This document shows, one piece after another, positions 50,118 through 61,837 of a stretch of 64,000 nt of DNA (positions within the stretch are counted from its first letter, which is position 1; every line of letters starts with the position of its first letter). Below the pieces are notes generated by a model, which was not told the DNA's origin, searched no databases, and saw only the letters and a program-made list of their open reading frames with translations. The stretch covers positions 66,773 through 130,772 of the forward strand of contig NW_015159713.1 in assembly GCF_001447785.1 (NCBI RefSeq), read 5' to 3'. A program made the translations under genes and the position numbers. Source of the stretch: Gekko japonicus (taxonomy: Eukaryota).

Positions 50118-51227
50118 GAGGTGAGCAAGATGGCTTCCCGGCAATCAGCAAAAGAAGCTGTTGTGAACTGAAAAAGTTGACTGAAATGTGACATATAATC
50201 AAGGAGATGAAGTTTTTGGACTTCCAGTTTATGGCAGCATGCTGAGCAGACTCATCTCCCGGACCTCCCGGGGATGAAATCTGCACACCAGCAGATAGGA
50301 GGGGGGTCGACGTCTCGCTACCCCCCAGGAGCCTGGTTGAAAGGCTCCTAGCCATGGAACTTTTGAGAGGTGGCCTCTTCGCCAGCGCAATGCTGGGGAA
50401 TCAAGGCACTTTTCCGTCCTGACGGTCCTCCTGCTGTGTGTCCGTATGGAACTAGTGATGCTGACCGGGACAAGCACTGGAGATTGAGCGGTTTAAATGG
50501 AGCTACAGTGAGGTCACAAGACCGAATATGAACTGTGAGTCGGATTAGAATGTATAAGCCAATTTAAAAAGAAAGCTCCCACCCCACGGACTAGAAAGTA
50601 AAGCGAGCGGGGGAGGGGAGAAATATAAATATTTAATTTTTTTTCTTCAAACAAATGCAATTGTCTACAGGTGGCTAATTCCAGAGGACGTAACCTTCAA
50701 ACTACAGGATAAAAAAGAAAAGATTGACTCTGTTTCCAAAGCATGGGAGTTTTTGAGAATCCAGTTGGGTGAGCCAGAGGAGGTGGATAAAGAGGAGAAG
50801 GACAGCAAGTCCAGTGGCGAGTTGGACTCGGGGTCTTCCGGAGAGGACTCTATTTCTGAAAAAGGGAAAAGTCCGTATAAACTGAGGAAAAAACAAGATA
50901 AGAAAAAATGAAGGCTGAAGGACTCTGAATTGTGCCTTTGAAAGTATAGTTTTTAATAATGAGATGCTCTGAGGTTTTTCTCTAACAGTTAAACTTAAGA
51001 TTTACAAGATATTTTAGCATGTCTGACTAAGTTCAAATGATATTAGCGATTTAAGAAAAAAAATTATACTCAAGCTGTTTTAATGATCTCCTACTCTTGG
51101 GGTTTAGATAGTAGTGGTTACTTTTTCTTTCTTCTTAATTGTAGTTCCCTTCCCTTATTTTCTTTGTAGTTTGTAGTCCAATTAAAAAATGCAATAAAAA
51201 ATCCCCTCCCGGGGGCCAAAAAAAAAA
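50118..51227 (+). mobile_element. HAL1-like (ORF1-only L1 derivative) element, internally deleted
   Basis: 5' AAGATGGC YY1-type motif and GC-rich UTR; KYKYLIFFLQTNAIVYRWLIPEDVTFKLQDKKEKIDSVSKAWEFL resembles the squamate L1 ORF1p C-terminus; T-rich UTR, AATAAA and A tail; no ORF2. Confidence 0.65.
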
Positions 51228-51529
51228 GGATATGAAGTTTTGGTAGGCCAGTAGCTTTTGCAAGGCTCACTGTCCCCCCCCCCTCGTTTTGTGTGCTCCT
51301 CACACCTTTGTTTTGGTGCAGTACTTGACTAACTTGACTGTTTATCTGTTTAAGACATGTATACATATTAAAGGTGACGGTGTCTGTATTATTGAAACTT
51401 CCTATACAACTGTGTCTACTTGACTTGGACTTTGAAACTGGTAGCACAGCTTTACTACAACTCTGGAAATACTAAAATTTCCATGGTGCTGATGATGGCT
51501 AAGAAATAATTTCTCTGCCACCACTGCAT

Positions 51530-53410
51530 CTGTGCAGTGTAGACCTGTAAAACCGTTCTGGTTGGTCAGAAGCCTATTGGGTTCTGGCCTATAGTTGGAG
51601 GTAGACTGCTCTGTGGCCCCCTGTAATCATTTTCATAAGCCCTTTACAAATAAAACTTCTCACATCCATTCCAACTTGAACACCACATTAGTAGTTACAG
51701 GATCAGATTATCCCAGGGTAGAGCTTGTTCAGTTGTGTGGGATACCTTTCAGCTTATTCAGACTGATGATGTGGACAAAATTCTTGGAAGTTTGAGACCT
51801 ACCACCTGCTTGTGTGATCCTTGCCCTCATGGCTGCTTAAACCTGTGGGGTTTATGTGATAGAATAGATCCAGGGAACAGTAAATGTCTCCATGAGAGAA
51901 GTGGTGGTCTCCCCTGCCTTGAAGTGGGCAGTGGTGCAACCAATCCTAAAGAAATGTACTATGGGCTTAGGACAGATGGGTAACTACTACCCAGTCTCAA
52001 ATGTGGCTGAACAATTTCAGGGATTCCTGAATGAAGCAAATTGTGTGGATCCATTCCAAAATGTTTCAGGCCTGGTTATGGGACTGAAATGGCTTTGGCC
52101 ATCCTGATGAATGATGTGCACTGAGAGATGGACAGGGGAGTGCAACCATGTTAATTCTGATGAATCTTTTGTCAGCTTTTGATAACATTGATTATGGTAT
52201 CCTTCTGGACCACTTCTGGAGTTGGGACTGAAAGGTGTTCTGTGGTTATTTCAGTCTTGCCTTGAAGTTAGGTTTTAGAGTGTGTTGCTGGGGGACTGAT
52301 GTACTGCCCCCGGGCCACCAGCCTATGACATTTTGCAAGGTTCCATCTTGTTCTCTGTGTTTTCAGCATCTACATAAAGCTACTGGAAGAGGTCATCCAG
52401 AAATTTGGGCTGAGTTGCCACCAACATGCAGATGACATCCAGCCTTATCTCATGCTTCCAGCAGATCCCAGAAGATCTCAGGGAGAATGCAGAAACTGTG
52501 CACAGACTGAAATTTTATCCTGACAAAACAGAGGTGCTACTGGTGGGGAGAACATTTGACCCAGGAAATGGAATATCTCCTGTTCTAGATGGGGATAGAA
52601 CATGTTTATATGTTGGGGATGCTCTTGGATCCAGGCCTCCCGTTGGATAAACAGGTGGCAGCAGTGGCCAGGGTGCCTTTTATCAGTTTCAGCTGATGAT
52701 CTAGCTGCAGCCCTTCCTAGAGTAGGGAANNNNNNNNNNGAAAGATATTGCCATCATAGTGCATGCTCTGGTAACATCTACATTAGATTATGGCAATGCA
52801 CAATACAGGGGGCTACCCTTGAGGACTGCCTACAAAGTACAGTTGCTTCAGCTGGTACAGAATGTTGACTGTAGTGGGTCATAGAAACCACATCACTTCA
52901 ATCTTTTTCCAACTACATTGACTCCTAATTTGCTTTCAGGCCCAAATCAAGATGCTGGTATTGACCTTTAAAGCCCTATACAGCTTGGGCCAGCATACCT
53001 TAAGAGACTGGTTTCTCCCATACAAAGCTATCTGTCAAGTTTGGTCATCTTTGGAGGTCCTACTTCAGGTGGTCCTGCTACCTGAGGCTAGTTGGGTGGC
53101 AACCCAAGAAAGGGCCTTCTCAGTCATGGAAGCTAAATTTTGGAACTCCCTCCCCAGGGAGATTCATCTATCTCCCTCTATTGTTATCTTCTGCCAGTGG
53201 GTGAAGGGTTTTTTGTGTGTGTTATGTTTGGCATGCCCCAATAACTGCTACTGTCTCTCCTCCCTGGTTTTGCTGTTATATGTGCATATGTTTCCACTGA
53301 ATTATTTTATATATATTATTTTTAAATGTCATTTTAACATTGGAATGTTTTAAAGTTTACCCCCTTGGGAACCCTATTTGGGTGGAAAGGCACCACTGAA
53401 ATGTTTTAAA
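51530..53410 (+). mobile_element. L2 LINE, decayed RT through 3' end
   Basis: FQLIQTDDVDKILGSLRPTTCLCDPCP; AVVQPILKK...NYYPVSN; DKTEVLLVG; VLTFKAL...ERAFSVMEAKFWNSLP. Confidence 0.92.
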
Positions 53411-53684
53411 TGAAACAGTTATTTAAAGAACAAGGTATTGTATTCAAAGTAGACATTTCTCAAGATATGGAATCTATATTTTGAAGTCCCTATGAAATGA
53501 CTTACCTATCCATATTTGACAATGGGAGAAACCAGGTGTACTTGTTTTGTTTTCTGTTGGTTATTCTGTGTGCTTCTATGACCTACTTAAACATTGAGTT
53601 AATCTGGAGAAGCCCTGCTTGGCATGGCATCACTTGGTCGGGGGTTCATGGAAATCTTCAAATAAACAAAAAAGCAATGAGAGC

Positions 53685-53791
53685 TAGCATGGTATAGTGG
53701 TTAAGAGCAGCAGACTCAAATCTAAAGAACTGTGTTTGATTCCCCACTCCTTCACATGAAGCCAGCTGGGTGACTTTGGGTCAGTCACAGC
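53685..53791 (+). mobile_element. 5' part of a Squam3-like SINE, interrupted by a MITE
   Basis: GGTATAGTGGTTAAGAGC...GTTTGATTCCCCACTCCTTCACATGAAGCCAGCTGGGTGAC. Confidence 0.85.
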
Positions 53792-53921
53792 TAGAGTTGC
53801 CAGGTCTTACATTCTTGCCGGTTGGGGGTGGGGCTTCCTCGGCTGGCCAGTTGGCTGCCAACAGGCAGGAGCTTGTGAAATTGGGGGATCACCCAGTCCC
53901 ACCTGGGGGCTGACAACCCTA
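53792..53921. mobile_element. Short hAT MITE
   Basis: TIRs TAGAGTTGCCAG and CTGACAACCCTA; TSD GTCACAGC / GTCACATC (7 of 8 match). Confidence 0.8.
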
Positions 53922-55306
53922 GTCACATCTCTGATTTCATCCCTAGTATTTGGTTCTAAACACGAGAAAGCAGTTTGACTTGATGACTTTAATAAACATA
54001 CATGCATAATTAATCTTACTGGACTTTTAAGTGCTCCTAGTGCTCAGATGCAAGCTGAAATAATACTGCAGCATATTTTTCCAACTTCTACATATTGCCA
54101 GAAACAAAATAGGTTGCACTGGAAATGTGCCCTAAAAAATGTATCTCTTCTGCACACTGGGTTGCAAATCATTGATGCTTGATGCAGACTGGTTACAAGC
54201 AGTTTCCATATACATTGTTTATGATCAGATAATTATCTCTTTGAAAGGAGTTTATGATTTACCCGATTTATATAGTTTATGATTTTAAGCAATACCCATA
54301 TATTGCTTTTTTAAAAATTCAGAGTCAGATGAAAGAACAGATAGAGTCAGGTAATGGCAAGCCAGTGTAGTGCAATAGCTAGGGCATTAGGTTTGAACTG
54401 AGAAACAGAGATGTGCACACTTTCTTTCCTTCCTTTCTTTTTCTGTCCGTGATTTTCATTTTCTGCTGCTTGTGGTTGGGTCCTAAGCTTCCAGTTTATT
54501 AGTATAACAACATTTCTGGCTACAGAATGGCATTCCAGGAAGACCAATTTCCACCAATTCTGCCTCCCACTGCAGCCCTCCATGTTCCCTCATACTCCTG
54601 GGGCCCCGCCTGCAGGAGCACAATTTCAATGGCACAGAAGAGTACAGAGGAGGGGAAGGGAGGGGGAGTTTCCTTACTGTAACATGACTCTGCTCATACT
54701 ACTTGTGATTCAAACTATGGGACTCTTTTTAAGGTGATGGTGTGATGTAGGAATTAAGTACTGGAACACAACTCTGATATTCTTACAATTACTTCTGCAG
54801 TGAATAGGCTACCAGGGTAAAACTGTCTTATAAAATTATGCTTATGTTACTCCTTTAAAAACACCTTCAAACACTGTGAACAGTTTGGAAGATGAAGATA
54901 GTGGAGGGGAGGGGAGGGAAGCAAAGAGCAAGAGATTAAATTGTCATCAGAATCTCCCCCTCCTATGAAAAGCTGTATATGTTTTATTTTGGATGGCATA
55001 CAAACTAGGAAACTGAATTCAGTTGCATGTCACATCTCTCTCTTACTAATCACATCCAAGATCACTTTTGAGTGAAGGAATTCCTTTAGAATAATATTTT
55101 CCCATGGGGGGGGATGACAGAGGAAGTTCACTAGAAAACAACCATTGCAGTTGAAGGTAAATTCTCTGCATAGCTGGCTTCCATGCCAGACAAAAGTTTC
55201 TTGATATACAACAACAAATGTACAGAATTATGCCAATGATTGTAGGTCCTAGTTGTCTGCATTACACTGCCCTTGAGACTATAGGGTCAGTGATGATCAA
55301 CAGTTG

Positions 55307-55855
55307 TGTAGGGACAATTACGTTTGCCCCAGGGCAATAACTTTTGTCCCACAAAGAAACCAGGCAGAAAAATCAAAGTGGAGGTTTTTTAAAAGATCTT
55401 TATCTGATGCACATCAGGGAAACCCAGCCTGAGCCTAGAGACTCGGGCCTGAGCTCAGAAACTCAAGCCAAGGGCTTTGTTGTTCTGTGGTTACATACAG
55501 CTTTTATACAATCGTCTAATTAACATATGCAAGCTTCTAATGCACTATCATGAACGCAAAATGTCCCTGTTTGTTAGTTGATTGGTCAACGACAAATTTA
55601 CAATCTCCTCGCCTCTTCTCCCTAGTCCCGCATTTGTTTGTTTTAATTCCATTTATGCACATGCTTCCTCCCAATTAGTTATACATTGTAGTGAAAACCA
55701 GGTGATTTCCATCCTCAAGTATAATTGGGATGGTATGCCTTATCCGGTTCTTCCCTGACAAGAGCAGCTGTGTGCTATCTCCTGGTTTGCTATCCTTATC
55801 AACAAATATGTTCCTATAGATGTCTACCTTGCGATGGACGGCCTCATTTTCTACA
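55307..55855 (-). mobile_element. Candidate solo LTR (ERV-like)
   Basis: TGTAG...CTACA termini; the minus strand has CCAAT, TATAAAA and an AGATAAA polyA-like signal in LTR order; TSD not evident. Confidence 0.55.
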
Positions 55856-56739
55856 AATGAACTTTTTTTATAACAGAGTTCATTCTGAGTGTGTTCTACT
55901 TTCTAGCTCCTAAAAGCAGGCTCTAATACTTCTCATTATAGAATATTGATGATGAATTCCCAAAATTTCCCAATCAATACCCATCCCTAACAGTTGTAAG
56001 AGAAAACCTATTGTACTGGTAGAACAGGCCACCAGTAGACCATGTTTGTCCCAATCAATTCTTTGCAAGTGCAAGATCTTGGCACACAGAGAGAGTTTTC
56101 CCCCACACAAAGACTTTTTCATTCCTTTAGTGAAGAGCACAATGTACCAGAAGTGTGATCCCACCAATGAAGTAAATGAACATGTCTATTCTCATGGGAA
56201 TTCTCAGAGCATATCTTGGAGTCCATGTACAGTTCTGGGTCAGAGGCCATGAATCTATTCAGAGTTGGGAAAGAATTTGATTTTGGAGTGGTAGTATTAA
56301 CACAAAGTTTTATAGAGTGCACTAAATCATAAGTGTTCAATATACAATTTAAAATGGAAAGTTCATGAGGGAATTACAGTACTTAGAGAAAGCAGTAAAA
56401 TTGAAGCAGTGAAGACAGCTGTATTTTAAGGCGAATACTCTAGCAGAAGACAAACAGCCAGCAAAAGAACTAAATCAAGAGCAGCAAGCTGAAAGTATAA
56501 TCAATAACTTATCAGGCCTGAAATGTAATAATCTGTGAGGAAGGTGATGCTTTATCATGTCGGAGCAAGAACAAAAAGGGCTGAGCAAATCAAGACAGGA
56601 AGATAAATGGGGAGATGGTTTGGATTTTATCATAACCTTGTGAGGCTTGCAATTCACAGGTCCCTTCAATGGTACACCATTCCAATGTGCTTTGAAGTAT
56701 GTTTTCACACACACACACACACACAAAGGTAGGAGGGTT

Positions 56740-57050
56740 ATGTAAAAAATCTCAGCCTGAGACCATTGTTCCCTCTCTAAGCTGAGTTAGCATGAGCTAG
56801 CTCACAGTTTTTAAGCCTCCAGCTCACACATTTTTGTCTTCACTCAGGAAGGATGGCTCCAGAGCAAACTCATTTATTGCTCGCTCAAAACTTTAATGCC
56901 AGTAGCTCACAAAGTAGACTTTTTGCTCACAAGAGTCCACAGCTTAGCGGGAGTATTGCCTGAGACTCTGGAGGGCCACTGCCGGTCTGAGTAGACAGTA
57001 CTGACTTTATTGGATCAAGGGTCTGATTCAGTGTAAGGCAGCTTTGTGTG
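56740..57050 (+). mobile_element. 3' part of a CR1-tailed SINE, split by a MITE
   Basis: CCTGAGACTCTGGAGGGCCACTGCCGGTCTGAGTAGACAGTACTGACTTT...GGTCTGATTCAGTGTAAGGCAGCTT. Confidence 0.7.
56764..56958. mobile_element. hAT MITE
   Basis: Exact TSD CCTGAGAC at 56756-56763 and 56959-56966; TIR-like ends CATTGTTCCCTCTCTAAGCTG and CAGCTTAGCGGGAGTATTG. Confidence 0.9.
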
Positions 57051-57207
57051 TTTGTGTGTGTGTGTTCAATGATGTTTTGTGTCAGTTTGCTGCTTCGGGA
57101 CTAACCCCGTTTGTGTGACATTATTTGCTCTTAACCTGATCGCCCTGTATATTTGTAAACAATTAGATAGTACAACTTCCCCCAAAGTTTTGAGTAGTCT
57201 CCCCACA

Positions 57208-57388
57208 AGGAAACTAGTCCCAGGCTGCGGTCACACACACTAAATACTCCACTTTCAATCCTCTTTCACTGCACTTTCCAACTGGATTTTGCCAGGTCAC
57301 ATAGTAAAATCCAGTTGGAAAGTGTACTGAAAGTGGATTGAAAGTGGATTATTTAGCGTGCGTGACCACAGCCTAGGACTAGTTTCCT
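57208..57388. mobile_element. 181-bp fold-back palindrome (Harbinger-like MITE core 57222-57374)
   Basis: AGGAAACTAGTCC.AGGCTGCGGTCACAC...ACTTTCCAACTGGATTTT mirrored by AAAATCCAGTTGGAAAGT...GTGACCACAGCCT.GGACTAGTTTCCT. Confidence 0.85.
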
Positions 57389-57621
57389 ATAGTCCCCTAT
57401 ACAGGCACCCTGGGACTTCCCACCAACTCAAGGAAGTGGGATGCCTGAAAAAGCACAGGTCACAGCAGCATTTTAAATTCAGACAAATGTAATAAGCACC
57501 AACAATAAAGGGAACTTTACTGGTTAGTATAACCTTCCAGATCAGTTGTGCTTCAGTGAGCTTGAGAAATTCAATTCACAGCATCCTGTTTATAGTATAA
57601 TCACTCATTAGTTTGACTCAC

Positions 57622-57819
57622 CTCCTGCTCACCATTTGGGAGCTGATTTTTGATGATCAGTTTAAGTGTTTGTCCCTGTTTGTAGCTGTTCAGCCAGTAG
57701 CTCCACTGTAGTTTTTCCTCACCATCCAGTACAGTACAACTGGCTTTTTGTCTATGCATGTTCTCACACAGACCAGTTGACCTCAACTGCCCTCCATAGC
57801 TGCTACACTTAGCAGCCAA
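57622..57819 (-). pseudogene. Candidate exon, open frame ending in phase 0
   Basis: Strong donor GAG|GTGAGT; 66 open codons ending ...CTVLDGEEKLQWSYWLNSYKQGQTLKLIIKNQLPNGEQE; acceptor unclear, possibly AG mutated to AA. Confidence 0.35.
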
Positions 57820-59629
57820 TTGTTTAAATAGATAATTAAATCAGCCACAAATCATATGTACCAATCATAAATAAATGCTTTGTTTTAATATAATCCAGCC
57901 CTTTGGTATTGTTTTAAGTATTCCCTAGTGACACAAAGTTTTGAATTGGCAGTGTTTTTGTACATGTGGAGATTTGCAAAAGAACCAATGCAAACGTGTG
58001 CTTCAGGTGTTTGTGGCTATTTGACACCAACTGCACAGGCTGGGTGAGTGACTCATGTCTGATTGATACCTTCAAACATGGTAAATTTGACTGTTGAACA
58101 AACTTGTGCCAAAATTTACAGCATCCCTAATCCTATCCAGACTCTGGCTCCTTGGGAAAAAGCATTTTAATTATATTGTTCTGCCAGCATTTTCTGCTTG
58201 AAGATGTGAAAGGACACGTTACCCTTGATATCAGAGATGCCACAAATTTTGCAGCAAACAAGTCCAGTCATTTATCATACCTTGTTTACCAGCCATGATA
58301 ACCTATGAGCCTAACATCTAATCTGTCTATCTACCTTTGAACACTGAAGTTCTGTGAAAGGACATACAATCTGACCCTGAAATGCTGTCGGGAGGAAGTT
58401 GATCAGGGCTGCCTTACTGAGAAGAGGGTTAGCTCTTCCACATCATTCTCCCCCCCCCCCCCGCACACATAATGTTTTTTTCTGCTCTTTCTTTAATTTT
58501 TGTTGCCTGGATTTAACAGCAGCTTGAGAACATTTTATATACAACATGTTGGAAGTGGAGAGAGATTTAAAACCTTATTTCCCCAGTGTCATGGTCACAA
58601 TAGAGATAATCCCCAGATGCTTTTAGAAAACTGGATTTCTAATCACAAAATTCTAACCTCATGTGTAGTTTGGCCGTTAGCTAAATGGCTGCAGACCATC
58701 AGTGCTTTGCCAGTGTGTGTCTATCCTGCCATTTCCTAACCAGGCCTCCTGCCACCTGAACACAGTTGCTTCGGGTTAGATCCCTGACATTTCTGTGCCT
58801 TTTTGTAACATATGCTTTGAAATTTAGGGTCCAAATAATGAGACACTGGAGATCTGTGATCCAATTCTAAAACTACAACTCCTTCAATTTCTTTTAAAAG
58901 CACATGGGGAAAGGTTTGGTTCAGAACTTTTCTGCTTGGGCCAAGGGATAAACCTTTCCCTTTGTGTCATTTCCCCAACAAAGCTGCAAATTTCCCTGAT
59001 ATACCAGGAATAATATCTATCGAATAATATCTATCAGAACACCTTTGTATGTATGTGGGGCATGGTGCTCCAGTCCCCATTCCCCACCACAGCTGTTTAG
59101 TGAAATTGAAAGATTTCGGGAATCAGTCACGCACTGCAATATTTCACCAAGTTTGTCCCTTAGCAACCACGACACACCACAACTTGTTATTCTCCTTCCC
59201 CGTTTGGCTTCCTTGCCTTCTAGGAGTGTTACTTGGGGCATCTCAGTTGTTCTGCGTGCTTCAAAAGTTCAGTGGTGCAATCCTTGCTGAACCAGCCATT
59301 ATCAAAGTGTCTTGCAAAAAGGAAACAAGGTGGTGAACTTTATGCATGTGCATGTGTCTGTGAGATTTTAGATGAAAGGATGGTACATGCTGCCCTGGGT
59401 CTCCAAATGTTGCCCTGTCTCTCCTGGCTTTGTATTTCTCTTGGCTTAGCTTTTCTTCAGTACAGTGTACTCTGGCAGTATACGGCACTGAGGTCCCTCC
59501 CCTCCCCAAACCCTGTCCTCCCCAAGCTCCACCCCAAATCTCCAGGACTTTCCCAACCCAGAGTTGGCAAACCCCAGCAATATCTGACTCATAAGGACTT
59601 ATGGGAGATTTTTGAAGGTCTGTTGAAAC

Positions 59630-60050
59630 CTCGACTGGCAGGAGATAGAATTGGCAAGTAAGCAAAGCAAAGTTATAACTTTGACATGTGAGCTGAAGAA
59701 CTTTTCTCATGTTTTTAGAAGAAGAAAAGGAGAAGAGATTGGATTTATACCCCGCCCTTCACTTGGAGTCTCAGAGCGGCTGACAAACTCCTTTCCCTTC
59801 CCCTCCCCACAACAGACACCCTGTGAGGTGGGTGGGGCTGAGAGAGCTCTTACAATGACTGCTCTTTTTCAAGGACAGCTGTGCCAGAGCTTGTGACTGA
59901 CCCAAGGTCACATCAGCAGGTGCAAGTGGCGGAGTGGGGAATCAAACCCGGTTCTCCCAGATTAGAGTCCGCAGATTAGAGTAGTTCTTCAGGAAGACCT
60001 CTCTTCCTTGTCTCGATGTATTTGTTACCAACTGTAATGCATTTTATCAC
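59630..60050 (-). pseudogene. Candidate exon interrupted by a SINE
   Basis: Acceptor TTTTTATTTGCAG; after two initial stops, removing the SINE and one TTAGA copy gives NALQLVTNTSRQGREVFLKNYSKNMRKVLQLTCQSYNFALLTCQFYLLPVE. Confidence 0.3.
59720..59975 (-). mobile_element. Young Squam3-like CORE SINE
   Basis: Reverse complement of the 29764-30040 family; CpGs retained; TTAGA on both flanks. Confidence 0.9.
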
Positions 60051-61527
60051 CTGCAAATAAAAATTTCTCATAGTTGCCGCACTATAAATTGGTTTTATGA
60101 GGTTATAAAGCAACTTGAGTCTGTGGGTACTTTGAAAATAATGGCTTGAATTAGGATTCATAATGTATGCTGGAAGATAGTGTAAGAAGTATGTCAGACT
60201 TATTTTCCCTCTAAAACTAATTATTGGTAGTGTGTAATGACATGCTCGGCAGTTTTCATAAAGCAGCAATTGCTTTAACACAAATGCAAATAGTTCAGTG
60301 GCTGGAAGCCCTGGGCTTGAAACATGATATAATGTTAAAAACCAAAAAAAAACCCTCTCAGTTGCTATATAAATAAGCCAACTTAATATTCAAATAAAAT
60401 GTCCATTTAGAAGAGTAAATTGTGCTTATTGCATAGTAAGAGCTTAGTATAATTTCACAAAACATATATTAGTCTTTGCTTATGAATTTCAATTGTGACT
60501 CTCAGCAGGGAGGGCAGATTGTGAAGAACACAGAGCCATGTTTCTGTTAGTTCTTCCTGACTCCAAGTATAAAATTTGAATGTGGCCAGAGGTTCTAGCC
60601 CTTGTCTCACCCGGCTTGTATCCTGTGGCCTTGGATGAACTGGCCCATTGGGTTGAGGACCAGCCCAGATACAGCTACGGTAGTATTATTTTTTTGTTTT
60701 TTCTGCTAATATGAAATGTTTCCTTTTGTCAAATATCTGTTTGTCACACTGAATTTCATATATACTAAAGTAAAGTGTAAGGTTTCAAATTGAAATAAGA
60801 ATGTAATAAAAGACCTCGCTTTCAAGGACAAAAATATGCAGGGAAAATAATATTGTCTGCAACTGTAGTTACTGGCTTCCTCTCCCTTTTGCAAAGAGCA
60901 CGGTTTTTAAAAAACACTTATTGAAATGCATACAAAACACTAATTTGCATAATGATTTCAGATCTACTGATTGCTTGTAATAATACAGGTGCACAGCCAC
61001 ACATTTGTGAACATATGCCCTGATACTCAAACAGAAAGAATAAATTACAACATGAATTTCTAAATATAGAAATAATGGCAAAAAACCCCCCTTTGTCTTC
61101 ACTTTAAAAAAAATCCTCCAATCATGCATTTCCTCTCAGGGACATAAGCAGGAGGGGGCTACCTAGTAAATAATTATTACCGAATGCTCATGACTGTACA
61201 CTGGGAATTATTTAACAGTCATTGCTCCCATCTTGCTGTTGTGAGACAGAATGGGTAATTAATCTATGTCTAAACATCCCAAACAAATCAATACTTCAGC
61301 TATAATGAGAAGGAAGAAAGTTTCCCTGAAATGCCTCAGCACCAAATAATGCAAAACCCAATCCCATGAAGAATTCAATAACTCAGTGTTAGTTGTTTGC
61401 TGCCCTCAAGCTTGGAGCTGAGCCCTAGAGTACACCTGCAAAACAGCCATTTTTTACAGGGGAACTGATTTCTGTAGCACGAAGTCCAGTTTGAGTGCTG
61501 GGAGATCCCCAGGCCCCATCTGGAGGT

Positions 61528-61837
61528 TAGGCTTGCCAAGTCCCCCCGGAGGCCCGTTCCCCGCCGCCGGCGGATCAGGCCCCGAGGGGAACCCCACCCC
61601 CAAAGCACCCGACGTGCACGTCACCCGGAAGTGACGCGACCACGCCGGGCACGCTGAGGGCAGGGCCACAGTCATCCGAGGGAAAACTCTATGGTTTTCC
61701 ATTGGATGGTCGTGGCCCCGCCCCCAGTGTGCCTGGCGTGGTTGCATCACTTCCGGGTGACGTGGTTGTGGCGCGCGCACTCCAGGAAGAAGCCGGGAGT
61801 CCCTCACTCCGACAGCAGGTAAGACTTGGCAACCCTA
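61528..61837. mobile_element. CpG-rich hAT MITE nested in another MITE
   Basis: TIRs TAGGCTTGCCAAGTC and GACTTGGCAACCCTA; flanks CTGGAGGT / CTGTAGAT. Confidence 0.8.

Noticed and set aside
55910-56340. Retroviral env remnant next to the solo LTR
   Set aside because: No env motifs (CX6CC, immunosuppressive domain, furin site) and no polypurine tract at the LTR junction.
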